This document shows positions 11,793-24,168 of a DNA stretch of 64,000 nt, one piece after another. The notes under the pieces are model-generated. The model was given only the letters and a program-made list of their open reading frames with translations. It did no database searches and was not told the origin of the DNA. The stretch is from Chrysomallon squamiferum (Eukaryota; Animalia; Mollusca), in NCBI GenBank assembly GCA_012295275.1, contig CM022679.1, forward strand, positions 9,920,001 to 9,984,000, read 5' to 3'. Positions within the stretch are counted from its first letter, which is position 1; each line of letters opens with the position of its first letter. The translations under genes were made by a program, and so were the position numbers.

Positions 11793-14700
11793 GGAAAGTA
11801 AAATAGATAAATTAGAGCTGTAGAATTGATCTTTGTAACATGTGCAGTGTTAAAAGGTAATTAAAGGTGTCAAATTGAATTGTATCTTATTTAGTTATAA
11901 TCATAGAAGATAAATAATTGGTATGGATCTTTATTTATTAAAATTAGTTAAACCATCAGTAATCTGTTCAAATTATTAATTAAAATTAGATAATCTTTAT
12001 TAGAGCTTGAGTATTATTAATAAAAATTAGTTAATTTGTATTAAACCATGATTACTTTATTACTATTATTAATTAATATTAGTTAATTTTTATTAAACCT
12101 TGAGTAACTTGTTACCATTATTAATTAAAATTAGTTAACTTTTATTAAACCTTGAGTAATTTGTTACTATTATTAAAATTAGTTAATTTGTATTAAACAT
12201 TGAGTAATTTGTTACTATTATTAATTAAAATCAATTAATTTTTATTAAACTATGTGTAAATTGTTACTATTATTAAAATTAGTTAATTTGTATTAAACAT
12301 TGAGTAATTTGTTACTATTATTAATTAAAATTAGTTAATTTTTATTAAACCATGTGTAAATTGTTACTATTATTAATTAAAATTAGTTAATTTGTATTAA
12401 ACCTTGAGTAATTTGTTACTATTATTAATTAAAATTAGTTAATTTGTATTAAACCTTGAGTAATTTGTTACTATTATTAATTAAAATCAGTTAATTTTTA
12501 TTAAACCATGTGTAAATTGTTACTATTATTAATTAAAATTAGTTAATTTTAATTTAAACCATGTGTAATTTGTTACTATTATTAATTAAAATTAGTTAAT
12601 TTAATTTAAACCATCTGTAATTTGTTACTATTATTAATTAAAATTAGTTAATTTAATTTAAACCATCTGTAATTAAAACATACATATTCATTAAAACACC
12701 TAATGTTCTATACAAGGATGAATGACTGGTAGTTTAACAACACCTGAACACATTTTCTATTAATGGTTAATGGTATCAAACATTTCTTCTTGTTTTTTCT
12801 TGTTTTTTTTTTTCTTTTTTATGCAATTGTGACATAATGGAAGTAACCTCTATCATCACTCAGTAAGATACCTTTATCAAATTAGCAGCATGAAATATTT
12901 TAAAATACATCTTCCCATAAACTTAATGTATAAAATGTGTCATAGGGCATTTTGATCAAAAATTACAAATCAAAAATTTAAAAAACACCTATCTAATTCT
13001 TTCAACTTAACCAAATCAGTAATAAACTATAACATAATAAAGTTATTAAACTCAATATCTGCTCAAAGAAACTCCCAAATAAGTAACTGAAAAATAAATT
13101 CAAGTGTCATCTGATATGATACATTTTCTTCCTTCATTTATATACAAACTAAAACTAAGGCAGTAATAAAAATTAGAAATAATATGTCTATTTCTAAACA
13201 TACACAGAATTAGTCTTAATCAAGATAATATAATAAGGTCAGAAATATAAAAAAAATATATATATACATGGATTTTCTTTAAAGTATATAATAAAATCTG
13301 TTGTTGTTATGTAAGATGATGAATGAGCAATAAAAAGAATCAAAATAACAATAGTAATGCTAAATTTCATCAAATTTACATGCAAACTGATAGCCAAAGT
13401 ATTTGAAGATACTTTTATATTAAATTTATTTTATGAGAGTACAACAGTAAACCAAGCCCAGAGCAACCTCATAAACTAATTACTGAACAATTAAATTTTT
13501 TTAAGTTGTCTAATTATAATATTTTAATTAAGTCATACTAATAAACATAGATTAAACTTAATGAAAACAATAATATAAAAGTGTCCAATATGAATAAATG
13601 GTAAAAATATAAAATTTCAAAAGAACATATTTTTTTTTTTTTTTTTATTTTACTGGCTGAACAACTAAATGAATGTAGTTGTTTTTGGGGTGGTTTTTTT
13701 TTATTGTTCTTGGGGATTTTTTATTATTTTTTTATTTTTTTTTTAAATATAAAAAGAAAGATATTTTACCTTTAACAGAGACTGACAAGAAGCAGGCATT
13801 TTCTGCCGGACACTAATGTTTTCAACAGACGGTCGCATGGCGTCTGCTATGATCTGCATGTACAACTTCATTTCAGTTTCCTCAAGAGACTCTGTCATGT
13901 TCTTCACATTGGCAGATTTCAGTTTCCCACGATAAGGTTTGAATTTCCTTCTTCTTCTCTCTTTTACATCCTCCTACCAAATAAATATTAGATGATAAAT
14001 TAAAATTTGAAATTTTACAGTATGATTGTGTTTGCAAGTTTTTATTATCATTATTTTTAAATTGCTCTTTCATTAGTATATTGAGGAAACTTATTTGATA
14101 GAGACAATTTAAGAAATAATTAAAATCACATGAAAAAAAAATGAAGATGGTTTTTTGTTTTGTTTTCATGTTTTTTAATATATATATATATAATAGTAAT
14201 AATAATTATTTAACTATAATATTATTTGTTTAAATATCAAGAGAACAAAATTGTAGTAAAAAAAAAAATGCATTTGAATTTACAAACCATAAAGTCATGA
14301 AAATTACACTTTTAAACAATTTTGTCTTATTGTATTGGATTGTGATATTTTTTAATCTGATGTTATTTTCAAAGTGTCACTGACCAGTTTGGTTTCAGAT
14401 GTCATTTCCTCTTCCTGTTCTTCTGGTTCTGGTTCCGGTTCTGCTTCTTCAGTGTCTGAAACTTTGTCTTCCAACTCTGGCTCTTCTTCTTCACCAATTA
14501 AAATCTCCTCACTGGGAAAATAATTTTAAAAATAAATAAATATAAAATTAAAAAAAATGTTCCACTCATCTCATACATTCTTCCATCCAAAATAAAAACA
14601 AAAACAATAAAGAACTTTTTTACAGAATTATTACAAAAAATGAATTCAGTAAATTATTGAGAACATGATGGGTACAGATCCTATACCATCCCTAACTGAT

Positions 14701-16020
14701 TCTATAAATAAAGGTAATTCGTTGACCAAAATATACCTGCCTGTCTATTAGCTATAAAATAAGGGCCAACGTTACAGTTGCTAATAGATTTCAGTAACTT
14801 TTACAAATCGGAAATTTATATGTACTGTTATTTTTATTCAGTATGAAATAAATGGAATACCTTGATTTTTCTTCTATGACATCCTGGAACTCTGGTTCTT
14901 CTGGGATGGCCTCAACAGGAGGAGTAAGGTATGATTTTGGAACTGCTCCTTGGGCCCAGCAGTCAGTCATTGCAGGATCAGGCTCTGAATTAAATAAACA
15001 CACATAATAAAATAAACAAAACACTGAATACTTGAAAGAGAATATGGCCACAAGAAAATGTGGATGATATGATTTCAAATCAGCTGAAATTATATTTTCT
15101 GAAAATGTTATGATTGTTGTTCTCTAATTGAAATGTTATTCATAACGCTGTTTTCACAAAATAATATTTTAATGGTTGACAGTGTTTTTATTCTGATAAA
15201 ATTATTAAAGAGACATGTAGTGGAATGGGAAATGTCCCAATAATCACACAAACATGGATGATTCTACAACTCATCAATGTCCTCTTTAAGTTGCTCAGAC
15301 CAATGATCTACAGCACATTTCATTAGCCTCGCTTCAGTTTCTAACCTCCTATGATTCTAAGTGTCAGTAAATAAAAATAATTTTATGATCTGTACCTTCA
15401 TCTGGCAACCATCCAGGATCTGTGATTGCTTCCAATTCTCCTTCATCACGAGACAGAAACTGCCACTAGAAGAAAATATTAAAATAGGTTTAATTAAATG
15501 ATTTTAACATAAAGCCAGTAATGAATTGTATACTTTAAAGTGTCTGTAGTAAACACTAATAGTATGTATATCAAATGAAATGAAATTCTTCTAAACTATT
15601 TCTAATTAGAACATGAAATTAACATTAATAATTAAATACTGAATGAAAAGTAGATATGTTTTAATTTCTGGCTAATTAATTATTTTTTATTACAATTTTT
15701 TATTTGTTTGTTTGTTTTGTTTCATTTCTTTTCCTCAGTATATGTAATAAAATATTTTATATTATCTAAAACGTTTACTGTTTACATTACCTCGATAATC
15801 TGCAAAATTGCATCCTTGGCTTGTGTAATTGTGAATGGCAAAAGCTGGCTTTCAATGTAGTTGTCATAAATGGTTACCATAGCATGGTCAACAACTTCTT
15901 CAATCATATCAATGACAAAATCTTCTGAACTGTCATGATCCAGCATAAGATACCTGAATGAAAAATGATAAAATGTTAGAAAATTTTGTGTGAAAATCTA
16001 AACACTATGTATATTAAAAT

Positions 16021-16101
<81 letters not shown>

Positions 16102-16235
16102 TATTATTTTGTTTTGTCTTACCAGTCATGTTCATTGAATTTTCCAGGAACAATTTCATGAGCTATTACCGGTGTCTGTGATGCTGGTGGCTTTCCCTTA
16201 TCAGCTCTCGATTTAGTTACAGCTGCCCTCGACAT
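5420..16235 (-). CDS. C2orf81: C2orf81-like (DUF4639) protein, 11 coding exons
   Basis: Exons 16235-16123, 15953-15791, 15465-15396, 14984-14861, 14511-14385, 13973-13770, 9668-9565, 8992-8835, 8527-8463, 7861-7790, 5611-5420. All are GT-AG and phase-consistent. The N-terminus MSRAAVTKSRADKGKPP...EIVPGKFNEHDW...[29 protein letters not shown]...DPGWLPDEEPDPAMTDCWAQGAVP matches recalled human C2orf81 motifs ([49 protein letters not shown]). Confidence 0.85.
5858..5863 (-). promoter_or_regulatory. Candidate polyadenylation signal (AATAAA) for the ORF1p-like exon
   Basis: Plus-strand tttatt about 115 nt past the ORF1p stop codon. The hexamer is common in AT-rich DNA. Confidence 0.3.
5979..6719 (-). 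CDS. LINE ORF1p-like protein (coiled coil + RRM + CTD; L1 ORF1/L1TD1-type), solitary; candidate alternative terminal exon of the C2orf81-like gene
   Basis: An uninterrupted 246-codon frame with KIDKLENNSRRENLLFFGLPE, IDRAHRL, PRPILVKF, VSEDFS...R..L and YDKLFIDG motifs typical of non-LTR ORF1p. It is preceded by the acceptor ttgctgttattttatttgccag|TGT (AG at 6721-6720). No endonuclease or RT ORF lies nearby. Confidence 0.8.
   Translation of the reverse strand, partial: CSSSSLPDWEDAGAGDNRISEELKSMFHNEMKKALSSFSTDRQFDDVKNELYYLRQENEYMKTKIDKLENNSRRENLLFFGLPEKRAGTIKTRQDCENLVRELLKNELSMEEKEISIDRAHRLNTRSNPRPILVKFSNFKDKTKVLEMFKEGQKEKSFVFRVSEDFSARVRQARRCLTPYLIQARKKKKSVNMRYDKLFIDGRFYRYNRMTGCVEPAKSQRLSEKSEITTESGGVCGFSEGQALLI
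11357..11383 (-). CDS. Candidate 27-nt in-frame cassette microexon (ETVSEPVSQ) of the C2orf81-like gene
   Basis: ttttttgacaacttttcag|GAAACTGTCTCTGAACCAGTCTCTCAG|gtatac, phase 0/0, inside a phase-0 intron. Confidence 0.45.
11930..12675. repeat. AT-rich minisatellite, ~52-bp unit, about 13-14 copies
   Basis: Unit aattagttaatttgtattaaaccttgagtaatttgttactattattaattaa, with a period of 52 (e.g. 12381 to 12433). Variants ccttgag/ccatgtg alternate. Confidence 0.95.
12714..12960 (-). mobile_element. Decayed tRNA-derived SINE copy (3' half)
   Basis: tttaacaacacctgaacacatttt...aattagcagcatg...catcttcccata is the reverse complement of the tail/core at 40930-41090 and shares the ttagcagca/taacagcaag motif with 22089 and 63851. 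Confidence 0.5.
16024..16098. repeat. (TC)n microsatellite
   Basis: A perfect dinucleotide run in intron 1 of the C2orf81-like gene. Confidence 0.97.
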
Positions 16236-17026
16236 GTTTCAATATTTGTTATAGAATTTGGTTTGAAATATAAACAAGCCTAAAATCACCGATGATTTTT
16301 AATATCCTTTACCATTACTTGGTACAGACAGTATATCCATTATTTTTTGTAACATTTGAACATCTTATTCTGGTGCAAGATTGCACTTAAATCTTGCAAT
16401 AAAAAACATTCCTCAGAAAGTGGGAGATTCACTAGCTAAAGTTTATTTCAGTTCTACCGGATGTTATCGTTTCTAGGAGACTCAAATGATCTCGCTTGGA
16501 TGTTAATAAGTATATATTTTTGATTTAAGTACTAAATAGCAAAACATGAAATTTTTTTTTAAAATATAGCAAAACAATTGTAAAAAGGTCAATTATAAAA
16601 TAATTTCATTCAGATATAATATTTGTAAATCACGTGACCGTAATTTCAGTCGCTTGTTTGGATTTGTTTTTAATAATAATTATATTTTTACATATAATTC
16701 ATATGTTGACGTAATACTTTAGGTTATATCAGGTATTTTTAAAAATATTATAGCATTTATTTACTTCAGATTACTTTTGCTATTATTTTACATATATAGC
16801 ACTCTTAAGTAATTTGGAAATGGCATTTGGTTGAAGGTGACAACATATTGTCGACGGTTTCTTGAAATCGTTATGTGTCTATATCTTTTGGTATAAATAA
16901 CATATGTTTTGCATAATCCAGTGACCTCGTTTGTTTCTGTTTGATTGTTTATAATTTTTTCACTTATTTAATATCTCTGATATCTCTGATATTCAGGAGG
17001 AACCGAAACAATCCAAGAACTACAAA
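16236..17026. promoter_or_regulatory. Bidirectional promoter region between C2orf81-like and ENKD1, with an X-box-like motif (16469-16481) and an E-box (16630-16638)
   Basis: The divergent ATGs are ~790 bp apart and CpG is locally enriched. GTTTCTAGGAGAC resembles the RFX X-box (GTTNCYANGVNAC). TCACGTGAC is a bHLH-ZIP E-box. Confidence 0.6.
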
Positions 17027-20000
17027 ATGCAAGGATTGGTTTTGAAACACGACAGCAATAGATACAGCGTGCCAGCTAGTTACAGAAATGGTAGGGAAAC
17101 TTTGGCTAAATTGTTTTAGTTTTTAATTTATTTAAAATATTGATATTTGAAAAACATTTATATTTTAAGTGAGTATAAGTCTTTAAATGCAAACATTACT
17201 GCAAATTCTTACATTATTAACTTTGGTAAGTATAGAAACTGGTAATTATTTTCCTCAATAATATAACTGATTACAGATTATAATATGAATGGCCATGCTT
17301 GTTGATGAAAATGATGCATTTATAAATGCACCTCATTAATCATATCAGTCAAAGTTATATTGATTATGTTTAAATATACCACCAAAAAATCAAAACCAGT
17401 TAGTATTACAATAATTACATACTTTATGTTTTTTTATTACTGTAATATTGCCTAGCTTATTATTTTAATACAACTAAGAATAATGATATAACAGCTAAAA
17501 CTGACAATTAATAGATTTTAAATATTAAACTTTAAGATGCAACTTTGTTGCATTATCATATGCTGAATTAAATTTTTCAGATTTCAAAACAAAAGACCAT
17601 TTAAGAGAAAATGTGCGCCGCATGCGACAGATTCAGAGACTGAGTAAAAACGAGAACAAGAAGCTCAGCAGCCTGTAAAGGGTATTTGGAAGTCAGAAAA
17701 ATATGCAACAGTCGAATCACGCATTAAAGTAGAAATAGAGGTAGTGTATAATAAGATATATGTGTGTGTGTGTGTGTGTGTCTCTGTCACAGTGGCAATC
17801 ACTAAAAATTGAAAGCTTATTATGTTGTAGTTAGATTTCAAATACAAAGTACAATGATAATTCCAAATCAGTAAAAACAGTAACCAGTAATAATAAAATA
17901 ATTAATTATTTAAAGCACACTAAAGATTGTTTATAATTTCTTTACCCTAATTTAATTCAGTTTAAAAATGTTTCGTTAATTCTTTTTTTGTTTCTTTTGA
18001 CAAAAGTACTTTATTTTTATAACCATTTTGTGTAGGAAATTACTGTGATTTAAACTATATAATTAATTAACTTATTCTTTTTTATATATGTAACAGAAAC
18101 CTCCACAAACTCCACGACCAAGTTCGGCAACATTCCTGCGAGCACATTCTCGGGCGGGACCTCCAGTAAAACTAGAGTCACGCCCCTGCACTCCTGACCC
18201 ATCTGATAAAACCACTGTCCCACCGGCTACCACTGCCACGAATGTAAGAGTTAAAATATATGTATTTTTAGTCAGTGATTTTAAAATATTTTACATAAAT
18301 ATATTTTTTAGTGATTTTAAAATATTTTACATAAATATATTATTAGTCAGTGATTTTATATTAAAAGTGTTTTACATATATATGTATTGGTCAATTATTA
18401 TATATTAAAATATTTGACACACATTTAGTCAGTAATATTATATTAAAATGCTTTACATATATATTTTTAGAAAATGATTTTGTTTATATATTTTTTAGAG
18501 TCCATTTTTAAAATCCATCTTTGACTTTTTGTTTATAGCAGAAGATCCTTCACAAAAACACTTACTCATTTTGAAAAACAAACCCATAAACCTTTGATTT
18601 AAAAAAAATTTGTATCTTACATATATGTTCCTCCTGTTCATTACATCACTGATTTACAGCAATGAAGATAAGTAAATTCCAGTCAAATTATTAAATATTT
18701 CTTCACATAATTAAAATATTTCTGTACTGAGCAGTTCAAGTGTAATGATTAACAGTATTTGTTTAATTTTCAGGTAAAGCTCATACGTCATGACATAGAC
18801 TTCATCAAGCTGAATGGCAAATGTGCCAAGCATGCAGCAATTCCCCGAGCACGAAGTATGACGTCTTTGGATGAAGTGAAAAAGAAAGAATTGGAGTCGT
18901 ACAGGTCTCATGAATTTGGAGAAGTCCCAAAATAGTAAGTTATTTGATAGGATATCTTAGATTTCAGGAAATTGAGAAAGATGTCACTTTAGTTTTCATT
19001 TTTGACATGTGATGTATTTTTTTTATTATTTTAAGAAAACATTTTAAAAATGCTGGATTGATTTGTTCATTTATTATATTTTATATGAGTTCATGGACCA
19101 TTATTTTCATTGATTATTTTGTTTTTTTGATGTTGTTTTATTTTAACATCAGTTTGGAAAGTTATATCTGAATAGCTGAATACATAGTTTTATTCCTTTG
19201 TGCTGATATTTTATTTGTTTCTTTTCAAACATTATCAAAAATTTTCTCTTTCCAGAAACATCAATCATTCTAAAATCTGTCTCTTAATTTTTATTTAATT
19301 TTTTTTTTTTTTTTTTTTTATTACTGTAGATGCAAACACAGAGCATACGTTAAAATGATTGTGTGTCATTAAACTAGTTCATTATATGCACTAATGTCTT
19401 TTTAAATTTTAATTTTTAAAAGTCTAAAATGTCGTAAAAATCGTTGGAAGAAGGAAGAAGAGGAGAGGATAGCTAACATACCTGATCCGGCAATGCCTCC
19501 TGGACACAAAGTGATGCCTAACTCAGAGCGGGAAGAAACACTTTCCCTTCTCAAACAAAGTATGTCAACATATTCTTTTTTACTTACTTATTTATTTATT
19601 TAATTAAATTCTTCCTTTATGTGTGTGTGTATGTTTATTTGTTTAAGGAATCAGTTTAAATCAAATAAATAATTACACTGAATCAATCTTAGATGACCTT
19701 TTTCAACACCACTTAGCCACTCAATTTTGGAAAAAAGGTATTAAAATACAACATTCACAAAAATTAACTGCTGTCAAGGTTCTATAAAACGGAAAAAGTG
19801 TTCCAAAAAGAAACACAATAATAATTTCTTCTATTTTTGTTTTGTTTTAATTAAAATTCTTCACCAATAAACATTCACAGAAATTCAGCAATGTAGAGAA
19901 ATTGAGGCAGAAATGTTTGGAACTACCTTAATATAAAAGAGGAATTTAAAATCTTAAATCAGCAGACTTGTTTTTTTTGTGTGTGTATGTGTCTTTTTTT

Positions 20001-20257
20001 TGTATTATTTCTTAAGTGATTTCTCCTTTAATACCTGTATTTGTTTGTTTTTAATTAATAATGATTTTGTTTTGATTATAATTCATAAACATTTTGCAGA
20101 ACAAGAAGAACTTCTACGTCAGCTTGGTGCACTGCCTCTGAGAAACGACACGTACCGAGTTCGCACCTGCAAACAGCAGCTCGAAGCTAAGCTAGCAGAA
20201 CTGGATGAAGCCATTAAAATATTCTCCAGGCCTAAAGTTTTTGTGAAAATTGAGTGA
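17027..20257 (+). CDS. ENKD1: Enkurin domain-containing protein 1; the frame is broken by one missing A at 17646-17650
   Basis: Exons 17027-17090, 17581-17740, 18097-18243, 18774-18934, 19423-19559, 20100-20257. Motifs KDHLRENVRRMRQIQ, KGIWKSEKYATVESRIK, FLRAHSR, GEVPKYL...RWKKEEEER, PDPAMPPGH and LEAKLAELDEAIKIFSRPKVFVK match ENKD1 as recalled. The true start may lie upstream (acceptor at 16996). Confidence 0.9.
18250..18485. repeat. Degenerate ~40-bp tandem repeat in ENKD1 intron 3
   Basis: ttagtcagtgatttt...aaaatattttacataaatata recurs about 5 times. Confidence 0.8.
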
Positions 20258-21514
20258 ATTTTTCAGTCTCAAGATTTGATAACAATTCAGAAACTCTGTC
20301 CATTCCAAAAAAAAAAGAAATGAGCGAAAGAAGGACTCCCACCACTAGTACAGATTTTTTCTGTTTTAACGTATATATATTTTATATGAATTTATGATGA
20401 AAGACTGTTACTGTGATAATGAATATTTTCTACATGCGTTACTTCAGTATTTACCATTTGTTCTTAAGTTTATTAACAATTGTACAAATTTAAATTTTGT
20501 TATTTCAGTTTTAGCCTTCAGTTTTTTACGTTACAAGAGTTATGTTTGTTAAAATATTAATTTTTATATACTAGAATCAAATATAATAATAGTGACTGCT
20601 TTACTTTTCCTAATTTAGTAAGACTGACAAAAGAACATAAGACATTTCGTAAAAGAGAATTTAAATACAGACAGTGAAGTGAAGTTAAGTGAATTTTGAT
20701 TTTACACAATTTTTATAATGAAATCTAAAAGTAAACTGGAATTTTCTTGTTTCAAACATTAATTGAATAGCATACCACTGCATCATTTCATCATCCAAAA
20801 TAATTAATAATGGATAGCATTTTAATCTATCCATTATTAATTATTTTTTCTTTTTCCTCTTTTTCTTTTGACCAATGTATAAAATACCAATATAATAATA
20901 ATAATAACAATGAAAACAACAACAACAATAATAATCATCATCATAATCATCTACCACTCAAAATTACAAATGTCAGATTAAAAGAATTACTAATGAAGAT
21001 TATGGTAAAATATATAAAAGTTACCTGATGTAGATTGTACAGATTATATTTTTCACTAAAATGTAATGCACATATTGCAACAAACACACATGAATATTCT
21101 ATAAGATTAGTTGAAGGCAGCAAGACGTTAGGTTAAATAGCACAATTATGTAGCAAGTTTCATTTACAATCCATGTATTATTATATTTCAGTACTAGATA
21201 TGTGTATTTGATTAAAACAGTGTCTTGTACACCACAACAAAGAATGTATTATGTAGAGAAAAGGATTTTTGTTTTTCCTTTACTTTTCTTTTTTTTAAAT
21301 TAATTTATTTGTTACTATTCTCATTTCTCTCAGTAGTTTAGCTTGTTAGTAAAATAGTTTTAAGTTATTTTTAAAATTTATGTCGTTTTATTAATGCATT
21401 CCACGACCAATTAGTGACTTAATTGCTTTCATTAAAATCTGATAGACAGAAATTAAATAAGAAAGAAAACTCTTGTGTTTGTTCGTCTTTAAATACTCGT
21501 TTACACATAAACAT

Positions 21515-21558
<44 letters not shown>

Positions 21559-22079
21559 ACCGTGAATTTGTATCATCAGGAAAGAATTGAACTTTTTCAA
21601 CTAATATTCAACTTCTCTGTCACGGTAAGCCATATATTTATAAAAATAGGCAGTTCTGCTTGAGTGCTGTAGATATTTATTTATTGATGTTACTGTGAAA
21701 GATACTTTTTATTCGTATTATTGGGATTCCCAGAACCCAGCCTGCTAAACTTTCTTAAATATGTCTGTGTAGACTACAAGAGGTGACATCATTAAAAAAC
21801 CCAATAATAATGAAAATATGGCAAATTTCCTAGATGAACCATACCAAAAGAACACTGAAGATAAGCACAATGTTTCATTATTGATTTTATGGATGCGATG
21901 TTTTTATCATTTTATACGAGCATCTTCGCAAACTAATAATATACAATTTTTCGACTGGTAGTAGGCCTACATAGTGAATAATTTGACGAGACTAATGAAG
22001 CAAGTCGTTATAGAAAATATCCATTTTAAATATTATTGTTGCTGGTATGAAACCCCTGATGTAATTAACCTTAAGTATT

Positions 22080-22200
22080 ATTTCTGACTAACAGCAAGGG
22101 TTCTTTTATGAGGAGAAACCAAAAGGCTCGTGATAACCAACAACGGAAGTATGGCAGGAAAAAGGAAATAACAACATGGACTCCCCACAGATTGACTGAT
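22080..22200 (-). mobile_element. Decayed SINE fragment
   Basis: actaacagcaagggttcttttatg...ggcaggaaaaaggaaata is similar to the fragments at 55135 and 63845. Confidence 0.4.
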
Positions 22201-22527
22201 TAAAAAAAAAATAATAATAAACAAATAAATAAACAGGACAAACATATATACGGTTGTTGTTTTTTATATATCAGACAAAGGTGATCTTTTTTTGAAATGT
22301 TAAAATATCAACATACAACAAATATGGGGAGTGGAAATAAACTGTTCATTATAAAGTGGTACGTATTTGTTAACTATGACACTTTAAATGTGTGTGTATA
22401 TATATATATATATATATTAATTAATTAAATGTTTGGCCAACTGTTTATTACATACTGATGTAATATTATCTGGAAAACAATGCTATCGTCGTTTGTTAAA
22501 ATAAAAATTATTCCCGCCCATTATATT

Positions 22528-22564
<37 letters not shown>

Positions 22565-23301
22565 CTGTCACAGTTTATAGTCAATCAATGTGAAAATAAA
22601 AACAATCTGTGTTAATAATCAGCGATTCAAAAGAATATAATTACGTAGTATTATCGACTGACAAGGATTAAGCAGCTAATCCAATGCAAAATCTTAATTC
22701 TTGAAAACTAGCAGATTAATTAGAGCCGATTGTATTTTTATAGATGATTTAACAATTTTTCTGCTAGCATTTTGTTACTAATTAAATCTTCATTTTTCTT
22801 TCTTAAAAATAAATAAATAAATAAATAAATAAAAAATAAAAAAATGGATTATATTTTTAAAAATATATATATTTTTTTTTTTTTTTTTTTTTTTAATTCA
22901 GTTATTATTCTCTTGAAAAAAAACCTTAGAGTCGGTTAAACTAAATACTTTCTCTGAGTTATGAACCGGCTCGAAGATTTGAACCCCGTACCTAAAAGCA
23001 TTCACGTCACCCCATCAGAAATAGCAACGGATTCCAAACGCGACATGTACGTTTGTTTGCTGTCTGTATTACTCACTGCAGTCATCTCAGCTTGGTTTGA
23101 ACAGACAGTTATATTTACTCAACACACATACGTTTGACGGTGCACTGACTTCTCGGTGGAAATATTTGTAAACTGAACAGGTAATGAGACAGGTAATACG
23201 ATGTTTGGCTGTATTTATATCACAGAATATCTGAAACTTCAGTGAGGTTTTTCTACGGATTGTCGACAATAAAAACAAATGCGCGAGAGTGTGTCTATAT
23301 T

Positions 23302-23351
<50 letters not shown>

Positions 23352-23432
23352 ATATACGTATGTATGTATGGGTGTACATCTCTTATTCTTAAATATACAA
23401 TAAATATTCAATATCATAATAATTTAATTTAC

Positions 23433-23481
<49 letters not shown>

Positions 23482-24126
23482 TTTTTTAAGACTCCATAAA
23501 ACTGAAAGAGTTTATGAACGGATACTACAACGTTATTCCAAAATAAATACTAACAACACACATCTTTATTTATGCCTTTTCTTTTTAATTATTTTGCTGT
23601 GAGCAACAAAACTGAATATTAATTTTTGCAAGTAAGGACGTGTAACAGTTATATAATAGACCAGTTTTGAAACCAATAGCGCAAAGTATGCCGGATCTAT
23701 GTTACATAACTGTTCAAACTGTTCATATGATTTTATTCACTGTTGTTTTTTTTGTGGTTTTTTCCCCTTCTTCTTCAATCTTCACACTGTAGTTTTATGA
23801 TAAATTATATCATATAATTTTATGACGTTATTTTTTAAGTACTTAAGTCATTTTACGTGTAAAGAGGATTTTACTTGCACGACTGTTTTATTTCTTAAAA
23901 CAAAAGTAAATATGAAACTTGACCTTTTCGGTGACTGTACCGTTCAGGTACAGTCTGACCCAATATCAAAATTAGTCCGAAGAAAGGCTGGGCCAAGCGT
24001 TGAACCCGCGTCAGGCAGATCAGAAGTTCGCATGCGTAGTTACACGGAATCTTCATCATGCAGTTGTAAGACTTAGCGACAAGTGTTTGTTTTTTTTTTT
24101 AGAAAGGTACATTTTAAATTGCTTGC

Positions 24127-24168
<42 letters not shown>

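Noticed and set aside
11930-12675. CRISPR-like array
   Set aside because: The units are contiguous with no unique spacers, the context is eukaryotic, and there are no cas genes.
13882-14169. 95-aa minus-strand ORF
   Set aside because: It is the wrong frame of C2orf81 exon 6 plus intron; the spliced frame is EDVKERRRRKFKPY...
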